From assembly GCA_963976765.1 (NCBI GenBank), contig CAXBME010000002.1, positions 1 through 64,000 of the forward strand: a stretch of 64,000 nt of DNA, in the 5' to 3' direction. The notes under the pieces are model-generated. The model was not told where the DNA came from, did not search any database, and was given only the letters and a program-made list of their open reading frames with translations. Source of the DNA: an uncultured Planctomycetaceae bacterium (GTDB lineage Bacteria; Planctomycetota; Planctomycetia; Planctomycetales; Planctomycetaceae). Made by a program: the position numbers and the translations under genes. Positions 40,289 to 49,933 of the stretch are shown here, one piece after another (the stretch's first letter is position 1; every line of letters begins with the position of its first letter).

Positions 40289-41131
40289 TCATTGGACCTG
40301 GCCTGGCGGCAGAAGTACTGCTTTAAGAAATGCGTACGCTTTCTCAAGAGCTTCCTGGTCCCTTGCGGCTTCCATGTGTCCGGCCCCTTCAATCCTGTAA
40401 AATTCTGTCTTAACGCCAGCCGCTTTCAGAGCTCCGAAGCAGGACTGGCTCCAGGCAAGCGGGACCAGTGCGTCTTCTGTTCCGTTGAAGAAGAACGTCG
40501 GCGGGTCGTCTTTGTCCGCAAATGCTGATGAAGATGCCGCGTAGAAATTTTCAGGAACTGTCTCCAGGGTGCCGCCCATCAGAAACTCGCACCATTTGCC
40601 CTTGTCGGGGAACCAGCGAAAGTCAGTTGGCGCGCCGCCTGCAACGACGACCTGAAGTCGTGTATCAACACGACCGTTCTTCTCGCTCGGCGCTTCGCCT
40701 GTCGTCCCGAGGAGGGAAACGAGGTGGCCGCCCGCGGAGTACCCGATCGCGCCAAGTCTTGCGGGGTCGACGTTGTATTTCTTAGCGCTGGCCCGCATCC
40801 ACTTCACTGCAGATCGGCAATCTTCGATCTGAGCGGGAAACTTGTGTTGCGGAGCCAGTCGGTAATCAATCGCGAAACTGGCAATGCCGGCTTTCGCAAG
40901 GGCCTCGGCATAACCTCGCAACTGTTTGCGATTTCCGAAACGCCATGCCCCACCGTGGACGACCAGTACTGCCGGCGCTGCGTCGTTCTTTTTCGGAAGA
41001 TAAGCATCGAGCAACAACTCGCGATCGCCGACTCTCGAATAGACGATGTCATTCCGAGTTTCAAATTCAAACTCAGTCGGTTGTTGCGAAGCCAGAGTCA
41101 GCGTCAACACGACAAGAGAAGAGTGAAGCAT
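40289..41131 (-). CDS. secreted alpha/beta hydrolase (BD-FAE/HSL-like esterase)
   Basis: HGGAW, DYRLAP and GYSAGG nucleophile elbow; D in GTEDALV; H in GAGH. Confidence 0.92.
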   Translation of the reverse strand: MLHSSLVVLTLTLASQQPTEFEFETRNDIVYSRVGDRELLLDAYLPKKNDAAPAVLVVHGGAWRFGNRKQLRGYAEALAKAGIASFAIDYRLAPQHKFPAQIEDCRSAVKWMRASAKKYNVDPARLGAIGYSAGGHLVSLLGTTGEAPSEKNGRVDTRLQVVVAGGAPTDFRWFPDKGKWCEFLMGGTLETVPENFYAASSSAFADKDDPPTFFFNGTEDALVPLAWSQSCFGALKAAGVKTEFYRIEGAGHMEAARDQEALEKAYAFLKAVLLPPGQVQ

Positions 41132-41584
41132 ACGACCAGACCTGTTGAAAGTTATTGGTTTCGAGAGTTGATTCGGAACAGGATTGTGACCGGACGCCGT
41201 GCGCAGAGCAATTCCCTTGTGTCTTCCTTGAGCTGGCCGAATTTTCTGTCATTACGAAATCATGCCGAAACGGCTTCCGTTTCCCTGCCAGCACGAAACC
41301 TGACCTGAAACTGTTCTGGCTTGTGGAATGCGCCGAAGGCCGGTCTGCCGGACGGGATGCAACCACGGTGCCTGAATGTCATGTCAGACCCGTACGGACA
41401 GAATTCCGAATTGCCGGCACCGTCAGTCTTTGTTCGGAACTCCGATTCGTCAGTTGTTCGCTTCACGATGAGCTACGTTCAGCAAGCGGATTCTCAGGAC
41501 CCGTTGAGCTGAAAGCGGTAACTGGGTTGAGTATCTGACCAACAGCTCACAGACCTCGGTAGAAATAGCTGGAGACTTAACGAC

Positions 41585-42271
41585 ATGCTGTCTCGAATCG
41601 TCCGTCGCGTCGCTCGTCTGATGTTGCCCAAAGTTGCTGGCGGAGGAGAACTCGGTCAACAGGTCGCGCTGGACTCGCTGCCGTTTCGAGCTGAAACTGT
41701 CATCAAGGGTTTTCTCAATGGCTACTTTCCGATGCCGGGCCAGGACGGAAAAGTTCAGTGGCGAAGCCCCGTGCAGCGGTGCGTCATTCCGATCGACGGC
41801 TATCACGTCCCAAAGAATGTGAAACGCCTGATCCGCCAGAACAGGTTTGAGATCCGAGTAAACACCAGTTTCGAAGACGTCATCCGAGCCTGCGCGGAAC
41901 GGGACGAAACCTGGATCACTGATGAAATCATCTCGGTCTATTGCGAGCTTCACCGTCGAGGTTTCGCACACTCTGTCGAAGCCTGGCAGGATGGTGAACT
42001 GGTTGGTGGTTTGTACGGGACGTGCATCGGTCGCTTCTTCGCGACGGAGAGTCAGTTTCATCGAGTTCGAGATGCCAGCAAAGTTGCCTTTGTGACGACA
42101 TTCGAGATTCTGCAGGCATCAGGCTTTGAGATTCACGACGTGCAGTTTCCGACGGCTTATCTGGAACAGTTTGGTTCGACGCTGATGCCCCGAGACGAAT
42201 TCCGAAAACGACAAATGGAATCAATGCTGCACCGCGCCGAGTTCCGACTGCCAGCCCCCGTCGAAGCCTGA
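41585..42271 (+). CDS. aat: leucyl/phenylalanyl-tRNA--protein transferase
   Basis: GYFPM, TWIT, AHSVEAW..GELVGGLYG, ES.FH..RDASKVA and DVQ motifs. Confidence 0.93.
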   Translation: MLSRIVRRVARLMLPKVAGGGELGQQVALDSLPFRAETVIKGFLNGYFPMPGQDGKVQWRSPVQRCVIPIDGYHVPKNVKRLIRQNRFEIRVNTSFEDVIRACAERDETWITDEIISVYCELHRRGFAHSVEAWQDGELVGGLYGTCIGRFFATESQFHRVRDASKVAFVTTFEILQASGFEIHDVQFPTAYLEQFGSTLMPRDEFRKRQMESMLHRAEFRLPAPVEA

Positions 42272-42591
42272 CCGACCGACAAACGGATACCGACGATCAC
42301 GGAAAGTCGCGGCGAATCGGCAATTCTGCTGGTATTGCCGCGTTTTGCAGATTTCCGGTATGGTCCCGCGCCTTCCCGGTCTTCCGGTAGGAAATTCACA
42401 TCACAAACTCCCTCCTCAGCGGCTTGTGTTACGCGCTTTTGATCCACTGAAATCGAATTTTCAGGAGTAGTGTTTCTCCTGATTCGGTAAGCGGGTCAAA
42501 GCGGCGTGATCGAAAACTGCATTCGTGTAAACGCTTCGTTTGGGTGGTGCATTTGCAGTTTCGGCGGGCCAATTCCGAAGAGTTCTCTGCA

Positions 42592-42603
42592 GGCAAGGAT
42601 GCC
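42592..42603 (+). promoter_or_regulatory. GGA-loop hairpin overlapping the ribosome-binding site (CsrA-type site)
   Basis: GGCA-AGGA-TGCC ends 3 nt before ATG 42607 and matches CAnGGAnG. Confidence 0.45.
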
Positions 42604-42606
42604 GAC

Positions 42607-44622
42607 ATGAGACTGTTAACTGTAGCGTGTCTAAGTATGGTTCTGGTTGGGATTACTTCCGGCTGTACCATGATGCGCAATCCACTTGCGTCGAAAACCG
42701 ACCCGCAGGAAGCTTCCCGGCGACGCATGATCGCTGAAATGAACGCTCGCACGGAAAAAGGTGACATCGCCGGCGCGAGGCAGATTCTTGCACGACTCGA
42801 AGCCGGCGAGCAGGCTGCTCAGGCCGATTCCAGTGTAATTCCTTTGGGACAGCCTCGAGCATCCGATCCGGCTGAAGTCGACAAACTTGTGGACCAGCTG
42901 GTTGCGCTCGATCCTCCGTCACTGCGGGAATCAAACCGACAGAAATATGCGAGGTTCTCGCCTGCCACGTTGAGGCAGATGCTGACCGAGTACGAACGCA
43001 CGGCCTCGTTCGGGCAGCCGGGTCTGAATCAGTTTGTGCCGGCAGCGAACAACTCGGAGCAGCTTTACGCGACGAATTCGCAGCCTCAGGACGCGGCCCG
43101 GCAAACAGCACCCGGTAACAGTATTGCTGGCCAACGATCAGCTCCGGACCCCAGACTGGCTGGTGGTCAGTCATTGGGAACTCAGTCGCCCTGGACAGAT
43201 GGGCAAAGACAGGCACCGTCTGCCGGACAGGCTCCCCGATTGCCGGACGCAGGTCTTGCGGACGCAACCCGTAATATCCCCGGCACAACCGCTGGAGGAT
43301 TGCAGACAGTTTCCGGCGAAATGCCAGCCGGAAGCGGAATCGCCGGTGCAGGCTCCTTGCCCGTGACTTCGAACCCGTTTCCGGACGCGGGGCAATTGAA
43401 CGCTCAACCAACGAATGACCTCCCACTTATCAGCCCAGGAAATTCCGGCTTTCTGAATTCCACCACTCGGCAGAGTCCGATTACTCGAACGAGTGGGGCA
43501 ATCCCGGCTGCAGGTGATGGAGCCATCCGATATCCTGATCCGGAGACAGCCAGCAACGGCGGAGTTTCCTTGCTGAATCAGATCTCGCCCGTCGATGAAA
43601 GCGTCACACCGTCGTCGACTTTCGGCTCCGCCTTTGACACGGGAGCGTTTCCTGGCACGACACAATCCGGCACGCCGGGCTCGCCCGGTCTTCAAATTCC
43701 AGCAGGCGTCACCCCTCAGACTCCACGGCTTGGAGATTCAATCCCCAGCCAATCGGGGCTTCCCGGTGTTCTTGAAACTGGAGTCCAGGGCGTGCAGCAG
43801 ATCATTCCTCGAATCAAAGACGCCGCCGGACGAACTCTCCGAAACTTTGGCCAGGGAGAGCCTTCCGGCAATCCCGCGCCGCTGGCCATGAACAATGGGC
43901 AGAGTGATATTTCGAGCATGATTCTTGCTTTGAAAACGGAGTTGCTGACCGCAGCACCGGGACAAACCGAAGCCGAACAGGTGGAGTACATCCGAAAGCA
44001 CGTCAATCTCCGTATGTTGAACCTTGTTAACGGAGACGTCGGACAGGCCGTCGAACCGATCCCCGGTATCTCATCCGCCGATCAGGAATTCTGGCAGCAG
44101 ATGATCTGGGCGGTCTCAAACTACTTCGACGATGAGGGCATGCCTGACCCCAGCGTCCGATCTGCGGAAACGATTGAGCAACTTCGAGGGGCGATCGCTC
44201 AACTGGGACAAACGGCTGACCTGAAGCTCCGAAACACGACCTTCTGTCATCGCATTGTCAGTTTCGGAAACTACGAACGGTTCAAGGAAGATCGCTTCAC
44301 AACCGGTCAGCCGGTTCTGCTGTATTCAGAAGTCGAAAACTTTACGAGCCGCAGAAGCAGCAACGATGGCTACCGGACGATTCTGCAATCCGCCATCGAG
44401 ATTTACCGGGCGAGCGATCTTCAGCAGCCTGCAGCCACGATCCCGCTGGCGTCAGATACGACGGAAGATTTCTGCCGGGCACAACGGCGAGACTACTTCC
44501 ACAGCTACGAGTTCTCGATCCCACCGAATCTGGAACCCGGGCAGTACACCCTGGTGCTCCGCGTTGTCGATCAGCAAAGTCGAAAAGTGGCGACTTCGAA
44601 AGTCAATTTCGAAGTTGAGTAA
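42607..44622 (+). CDS. hypothetical lipoprotein with long Pro/Gly/Ser-rich linker and C-terminal beta-sandwich domain
   Basis: MRLLTVACLSMVLVGITSG|C lipobox; low-complexity middle; C-terminal GQYTLVLRVVD..SRK. Confidence 0.8.
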   Translation: MRLLTVACLSMVLVGITSGCTMMRNPLASKTDPQEASRRRMIAEMNARTEKGDIAGARQILARLEAGEQAAQADSSVIPLGQPRASDPAEVDKLVDQLVALDPPSLRESNRQKYARFSPATLRQMLTEYERTASFGQPGLNQFVPAANNSEQLYATNSQPQDAARQTAPGNSIAGQRSAPDPRLAGGQSLGTQSPWTDGQRQAPSAGQAPRLPDAGLADATRNIPGTTAGGLQTVSGEMPAGSGIAGAGSLPVTSNPFPDAGQLNAQPTNDLPLISPGNSGFLNSTTRQSPITRTSGAIPAAGDGAIRYPDPETASNGGVSLLNQISPVDESVTPSSTFGSAFDTGAFPGTTQSGTPGSPGLQIPAGVTPQTPRLGDSIPSQSGLPGVLETGVQGVQQIIPRIKDAAGRTLRNFGQGEPSGNPAPLAMNNGQSDISSMILALKTELLTAAPGQTEAEQVEYIRKHVNLRMLNLVNGDVGQAVEPIPGISSADQEFWQQMIWAVSNYFDDEGMPDPSVRSAETIEQLRGAIAQLGQTADLKLRNTTFCHRIVSFGNYERFKEDRFTTGQPVLLYSEVENFTSRRSSNDGYRTILQSAIEIYRASDLQQPAATIPLASDTTEDFCRAQRRDYFHSYEFSIPPNLEPGQYTLVLRVVDQQSRKVATSKVNFEVE

Positions 44623-44627
44623 GAAGA

Positions 44628-46271
44628 CTATTCGTCGGCTTCGCCCGGATCGCGTGATCGATATTCGAGCGTCTCGACCGAGACGACTCGCCAGTCGCAG
44701 GCGGACCGTAAATCGGATGCTTCGTGCTCCGTTCTGCAGAACAGAAAGACGTCGTCATCGGGCAGGTTGCTGAGCTGCAACGAGGACGCCAGACGCCACT
44801 CGCTTTCAGTCGTCCAGTCAATCGGCGCGTGGATCGCCCGGTTCTGCGATGGCTGAAACCAGGGACGCTCACCTTCCGGCAACGATCGCCAGGCAGATTC
44901 ATCTCCGTAGATCACTGGTCGACCACCGAGCGACAGAAAACGTTGCTTTCGAATGCCGATTCCATAGTGCTCAAAGTCCCAGCGTCCACGATGAGATCGA
45001 AAGACTCGTTTGGTCAGGAAGTGGACGAGCGGCAGTTCTGAAAAACAAACGACATCAACATTCGTTCTAGTATTGCCGGAGGTCGCTCGCAGAACCCGTT
45101 CACCGACGATTCGCTGGAGCGTTCCGAACGCCGACCGATTCTTGCCAACCTCACTCAGAACTTTGCTGCTGAGGTGGTCTTCGCGCGGCTCGCCAGCCCA
45201 CTCATTCATCGGAGCCCGCGTCCAGTGAAGCAACCACTCGGACGCTGAATCCTCACGGACAAGTTCTGCTGTCAGAGTACTCTCGGCGGCACTTCGAGCA
45301 GCCTGAGACGGGCGGCAACGCCCAGCGGTCGACTGATCGCTGGGATACTCGTATTGGACGGGGGCTTCGTTGGCGGTCAGATACCACAAAACAGCTCCGT
45401 GATTATGTAAATCAGATCCGGCCTCGTCCGGGCACAGGCCATCACCGGCAACGGCACGGACGGATCCGGCATCCCAAAGTCCGATTGCCAGACCCGCTCG
45501 AAGTAGCTTCCACCAGTTTCCATTCCGTCGAAGCGTCATCACGAAGAGCCGCTCGCTGATTAACGCCAGCAAGCGATCACGAACTGGCACCTGCCTGATC
45601 TCGCTCAGTTCCGGAGTCCAGACTGGCGAAATTGTGTCGGCCGATACCCAGACCTCAGGCGACAACAGCAGTTCGTATTTGGACGAGTTCCCCGAAGTTC
45701 GCAGAATGTCGTCCAGCCAGAACTTCGGCGAACGTCGATCGGCAGGCGTGAAAAGTCGGAGCAGGGGAACGTCAAATGTCGTCGTACATTGCTCAACATA
45801 TTCGTGCAGCGAGCTTCCAGCAGAAGTAACGACGTGCTCCGTGTGAACGTCGACGGCGGACATCGACAACCGCAACGCTCGAAGGACGGGTGCCTGCTGG
45901 TCCGAGTTGCGTTTCAGTCGTGAGCTGACGATGCCGACATGTCGGGTTTTCAAAGTACCACGTGGCCACCAGTACGCTCGTTGCCCCAGCCAGCTTTCGC
46001 AAACCGGTCGATCTCGATTGAGGATCGCGAAGGTCAGCTCTGCTCCGCTCTCGACAGCGGCCAGCAGCCCACTGTGAACTCGAGCGGCGCGTGCGCGGCG
46101 ATTCTTTGGAGCCAGCCGAAGCCATTCCTGCCAGAGTTCAAGCAATCCCTGAACCGGCGAACTGGCAGCTGAATAGAGCGAAAGACTGGCAGCGGGTGGC
46201 AGTATTCCAAGAGCGTCCAGCCGCTCGAACTGTTCTAATGCGGAAAGTGAATGGTCTGGCCGGCTGTGCAT
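44628..46271 (-). CDS. hypothetical protein: DprA/SMF-like SLOG domain fused to an AbiGi/DUF2743-like (ART-fold) domain
   Basis: VGIVSSR, PVRDRLLALIS and DLHNHGAVL resemble DprA; LLHWTR, VVCFSELP, HYGIGIRK, GRPVIY and ESEWR resemble AbiGi. Confidence 0.6.
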   Translation of the reverse strand: MHSRPDHSLSALEQFERLDALGILPPAASLSLYSAASSPVQGLLELWQEWLRLAPKNRRARAARVHSGLLAAVESGAELTFAILNRDRPVCESWLGQRAYWWPRGTLKTRHVGIVSSRLKRNSDQQAPVLRALRLSMSAVDVHTEHVVTSAGSSLHEYVEQCTTTFDVPLLRLFTPADRRSPKFWLDDILRTSGNSSKYELLLSPEVWVSADTISPVWTPELSEIRQVPVRDRLLALISERLFVMTLRRNGNWWKLLRAGLAIGLWDAGSVRAVAGDGLCPDEAGSDLHNHGAVLWYLTANEAPVQYEYPSDQSTAGRCRPSQAARSAAESTLTAELVREDSASEWLLHWTRAPMNEWAGEPREDHLSSKVLSEVGKNRSAFGTLQRIVGERVLRATSGNTRTNVDVVCFSELPLVHFLTKRVFRSHRGRWDFEHYGIGIRKQRFLSLGGRPVIYGDESAWRSLPEGERPWFQPSQNRAIHAPIDWTTESEWRLASSLQLSNLPDDDVFLFCRTEHEASDLRSACDWRVVSVETLEYRSRDPGEADE

Positions 46272-46347
46272 GCTGATCAGAATAAGCAATCACTGCCGGT
46301 CCGGATATCAAAATTTCAGTCCCATACCAGGACGCCACGCAGGCAAC

Positions 46348-46385
46348 AAAAACAGGCGGTGTCCTTAAAATAAGAACACCGCCCG
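46348..46385 (-). terminator. Rho-independent terminator after the DUF1549/1553 gene
   Basis: GGCGGTGT.CTTA/TAAG.ACACCGCC stem followed by a T-run on the minus strand. Confidence 0.75.
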
Positions 46386-46421
46386 AAAAAGTCGTCGTAT
46401 TGCTGAACTGGCGACCGAAAT

Positions 46422-48149
46422 CTAATGCACGAAGATAAACTCGTTCGAGTTCAACAGAGCCCAGAAAAGATCCTGGTAGGCAGCTAACGGGTCTTTGCTG
46501 CTGGCCATCAGCTTTCTAGCCATGCTGATTTCACGGCTGTTCGGCATACGGCTGAGAGTTGCCAGATACAGATTCTGAATTCTGGCCGTGTCCTTTGTCT
46601 CGCCGCTGAGCGCTTCTCGAAGGTAGCTTCCCTTTTCAGCACTCACCGCATTTCCGACAAGCTCGCCGTTCATCATCATCAAAGCCTGCGGAATCGTGCC
46701 GTTGAAGGTGGTGGTTTCATCGCCTTCGTCCGTTCCGAACGCGATGACGAACTGCTGCAGCCATCGCTGTCGTTGCTGCTCGGCCTGATCCCAGCTGGAA
46801 CGACCGGAACGATGAGCGTTCGTGGCAACAATCAGTGAGTCGTAAAGCTGCTCAGCTTCCATCGATTTAATGTAAAGATGGCTGAAGAGCGGGATCTCAC
46901 CGGCCGACGGATTGTCGATCTCGTTACCTGGGTCAATTGGCATGCCCTCGTCGTCGCGTTTCCAGTCGCCATCAGAACCTTTAATGCCAGCCTTGTACTG
47001 GCTGGTGAGGTTGTATGCTTCGCTGTTGCAGATCCAGCGGACGAGTTGTTTGAGGTCATAGTTGCTTTTGACAAACTCCGACGACAACCGCTCAAGCAAC
47101 GCAGGATGCGATGCGGCGTTGTGCGGCCCCATGTCGTCCACAGGCCGTGTGAACCCATACCCGAAGAACTGTCCCCAAGTTCGATTCACCATTGCCTGGG
47201 CGACCAGTGGGTTTTCTCCCTCAATCGCAATTTTTGCCAGCGACTCACGCAGATTGGTTCCGCTGGTGACCTCTTCTGCTTTCTTAACAACATCACCCAT
47301 GAATGCAGGGTCGGCCATCTGCATCAGACCGTTCCGCTTCTCGTAAAAGACCGGGTAGTTGAAATTCTCGAAGACGATCTCTGAGTAGTCGTCGACCTGA
47401 CGTCCGGTTTCCGGGTCTGGCTTCCGATGATCAACTCGACGGGCCTGGCGGAAGAAGCTGTTGAACTGCCAGAACTGGCTTTGCTGCCAGTCATTGAAGG
47501 GGTGGTTGTGGCATTGGGTGCATTGAACCTGGATGCCCATGAACAACCGGGTTGTCTTGGCAGTCGCCTGAACCTGCTCGTCCCGCATCGTCATCTGAGC
47601 CAGCAGGAAATTGACGGCTCCGTTTTCTTCAAAGTGACCTTCTGCTGAGATGATGTCATAAACGACTTCGTCCCAAGGGCGGTTTCGAGCAAAAGCTTCC
47701 CGGAAGAACTTCTGCATCCCCGCACGACTGACTCGTCGAGGCGTCTGGCGACCGATGCAAAGATTCGTCCAGATCGTGGTGAAGTTTCGGACATAAGCGT
47801 CGTCGTCCAGCAGCTTGTCGATCATTTTCGACCGCTTGGCAGGGTCTTCATCTTTCAGAAATGACTCGACGACGTCTGCTTCCGGAATGTGACCGACGAT
47901 GTCCAGGTGAACCCGTCGAATCCATTCAGAATCCTCAGCGACAGGCGACGGCCCGACTTCATTATCAGTCCAGTTCTGACGGATTCGTTCATTGATAAAT
48001 TTGATGATCTCGCCAGACGATCCTGTGGTGAAGGGAGCATCGCTCGCCGACCGCCGAGATCGAGACTGGGCGTCGGCAACAGACACCATCAAACCGAAAG
48101 CGACTACGCCCAACAGAATCCATCGCGATAGATTTACGGTGTTTCGCAT
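46422..48149 (-). CDS. DUF1549/DUF1553 domain protein with CxxCH motif
   Basis: Signal peptide; [43 protein letters not shown] and PQALMMMNG motifs; C-terminal [11 protein letters not shown]. Confidence 0.93.
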   Translation of the reverse strand: MRNTVNLSRWILLGVVAFGLMVSVADAQSRSRRSASDAPFTTGSSGEIIKFINERIRQNWTDNEVGPSPVAEDSEWIRRVHLDIVGHIPEADVVESFLKDEDPAKRSKMIDKLLDDDAYVRNFTTIWTNLCIGRQTPRRVSRAGMQKFFREAFARNRPWDEVVYDIISAEGHFEENGAVNFLLAQMTMRDEQVQATAKTTRLFMGIQVQCTQCHNHPFNDWQQSQFWQFNSFFRQARRVDHRKPDPETGRQVDDYSEIVFENFNYPVFYEKRNGLMQMADPAFMGDVVKKAEEVTSGTNLRESLAKIAIEGENPLVAQAMVNRTWGQFFGYGFTRPVDDMGPHNAASHPALLERLSSEFVKSNYDLKQLVRWICNSEAYNLTSQYKAGIKGSDGDWKRDDEGMPIDPGNEIDNPSAGEIPLFSHLYIKSMEAEQLYDSLIVATNAHRSGRSSWDQAEQQRQRWLQQFVIAFGTDEGDETTTFNGTIPQALMMMNGELVGNAVSAEKGSYLREALSGETKDTARIQNLYLATLSRMPNSREISMARKLMASSKDPLAAYQDLFWALLNSNEFIFVH

Positions 48150-48776
48150 CTAAGAGCCTCCTGAGGCACGTTTTCTTGAGCAGGACGACGAGCTGTCGAT
48201 TCCCAGGGCTTACCGCCAGTTCAAAAGACAAACCGCGTTCGGTACGTGACGTCTGATAATTTCAGATTCTGCGATGGTTGACCACTCACCGCAATCAAAG
48301 TCGGCTGTCTCGGCGAATCGACGCTCAAACCGCCCGAAATACCAAGTTTCATTCTAGCCAAAGCCATTCCCTGGCTACCAGCGAGGATGTAACCGCCGTC
48401 GAAAGGGCTTTGTGTGTCAAAAACTGGCTTGACGCACAAAATTGGGCGAATTTCAGCGGCGTATTGCCGGCAGGCTTCTTCGACTCGATCCGGCTTTCGG
48501 GGATGACTACGACATCCGTCAGGCCTGACTTTCGAAGAAACCGCTCACCGCACTCGCAGAACGTACGGTGTGACAATTCGGCTACTTCCGAGTCCGAGTG
48601 CTCGCCCTTTAAGCGTTACACCGGTTACCGGAATTGACTCGCGTGTGCCGACTTGTAGCCTTTTCGCATCATTATCTGTGTGCGTCGTTCTTCATCAGCC
48701 GCACCCCGCCATGAACCAACGGGCTCGTCGATACCAGTCGGAAACAGACCGGCATCGACGTTGCGAGGATTGAGCC

Positions 48777-49340
48777 GTGGGCCACAGTTCCGACAAAGAA
48801 TCCCCTGCGGCAACAATCGAGCGGGATATTTCGACGCCGAGCGCCAGCGGATTTACACCGATTGAATTGCTGATGGCATGCACCCTGCTGGCGATTGTCG
48901 TCGCGACGCTGGTTCCGCAGATGTTGTCAGCGAGTGAGCAGTCGAAACAGACCTCACTGCTGCGGCGACTGCATCTGGTGCGGGAACGGATCGAACAGTT
49001 CCGTGATTCTCATCGGGGCCAGCTTCCAGCCGAGGGGCGTAATTCGACCGCTGAGTTTCTGGCTGACCTGGCACGGCTCGCAGGAACGTCCGACTCGAAT
49101 AAGTTCGGCCGTTCGGTTTCCGATGCAGCCTCAACCAATCAGCCGGAAATTGAAATCCCCCCAACCAATCCCTACACGCAACGGTCGGACATTCTGGTGA
49201 TTCCCGACCGACTCAAACCTCACCACTTCTCCGGAAACGGGCATCACGGCTGGGCGTATAGCTCGTCAACCGGCGAATTCCGAGCGAATCTCTCACCACA
49301 AATAACGGACAGCAGCGGTCGTTTAATCAACCAGCTCTAA
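48777..49340 (+). CDS. type II secretion/type IV pseudopilin-like protein (PulG-like)
   Basis: G|FTPIELL class III signal with hydrophobic helix; P.NPY and GWAYSSSTGEFRAN motifs. Confidence 0.75.
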   Translation: MGHSSDKESPAATIERDISTPSASGFTPIELLMACTLLAIVVATLVPQMLSASEQSKQTSLLRRLHLVRERIEQFRDSHRGQLPAEGRNSTAEFLADLARLAGTSDSNKFGRSVSDAASTNQPEIEIPPTNPYTQRSDILVIPDRLKPHHFSGNGHHGWAYSSSTGEFRANLSPQITDSSGRLINQL

Positions 49341-49448
49341 ACGCTGGCCACGTTGTCGGTCGGGCTGGAGCTTTCCGTAATCCGTGCAGCGTTCATGTCA
49401 GCGTCGACGATGGCCGTTCGCGTTCTTGAGACCAGCCGATCGTCGTCG

Positions 49449-49742
49449 TCAGGTCGATTTCCTCGTTGCCGTCAGGAACGAATTCCATAAGTGGAACGGC
49501 CGGACGCAAACCATGCCGATAGCGACCGCAGCGATCACAGACCCGCGCACAGAAATCGTCGCTCCGTGAAACAAGGTGCCGCCTTCACTTAGAAACAGAA
49601 TTCCCAGCAGGCCGACACCAGTCGACAACGCCAACCGAACCGGATTGCGATGAATCAGGACGCCCAGCAGACCAATCCCCAGCAGCAGCGTTCCGAGGAT
49701 TCCAAACTGAGTGAACGCCAGAAAGTCACGAGGATCGTGCAT
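49449..49742 (-). CDS. small membrane protein resembling NuoK/MrpC (degenerate)
   Basis: 97 aa with 3 hydrophobic segments; LLGIGLLGVLIHRN resembles NuoK LF.IGL.G...RRN. Confidence 0.55.
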   Translation of the reverse strand: MHDPRDFLAFTQFGILGTLLLGIGLLGVLIHRNPVRLALSTGVGLLGILFLSEGGTLFHGATISVRGSVIAAVAIGMVCVRPFHLWNSFLTATRKST

Positions 49743-49933
49743 AGTGAAGTTTGCTTTGCGGGCACAACGAGAAGGAAATCGTGACGTGACGATGGAATAT
49801 CTTAGTGCGTAACGGCTCGGTCATTCACCTGACGGCTGCACGCAGAAACTAAACCATCAAACTGAATGCCATCGCTGCAAGTATCGTCGCAGGGATGGAA
49901 CCACACATCGCTAACAGCGAACCACGACCAGCT

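Noticed and set aside
41132..41584. 450-bp divergent spacer before aat with several short ORFs
   Set aside because: No convincing coding signal, repeat or stable structure was recognised.
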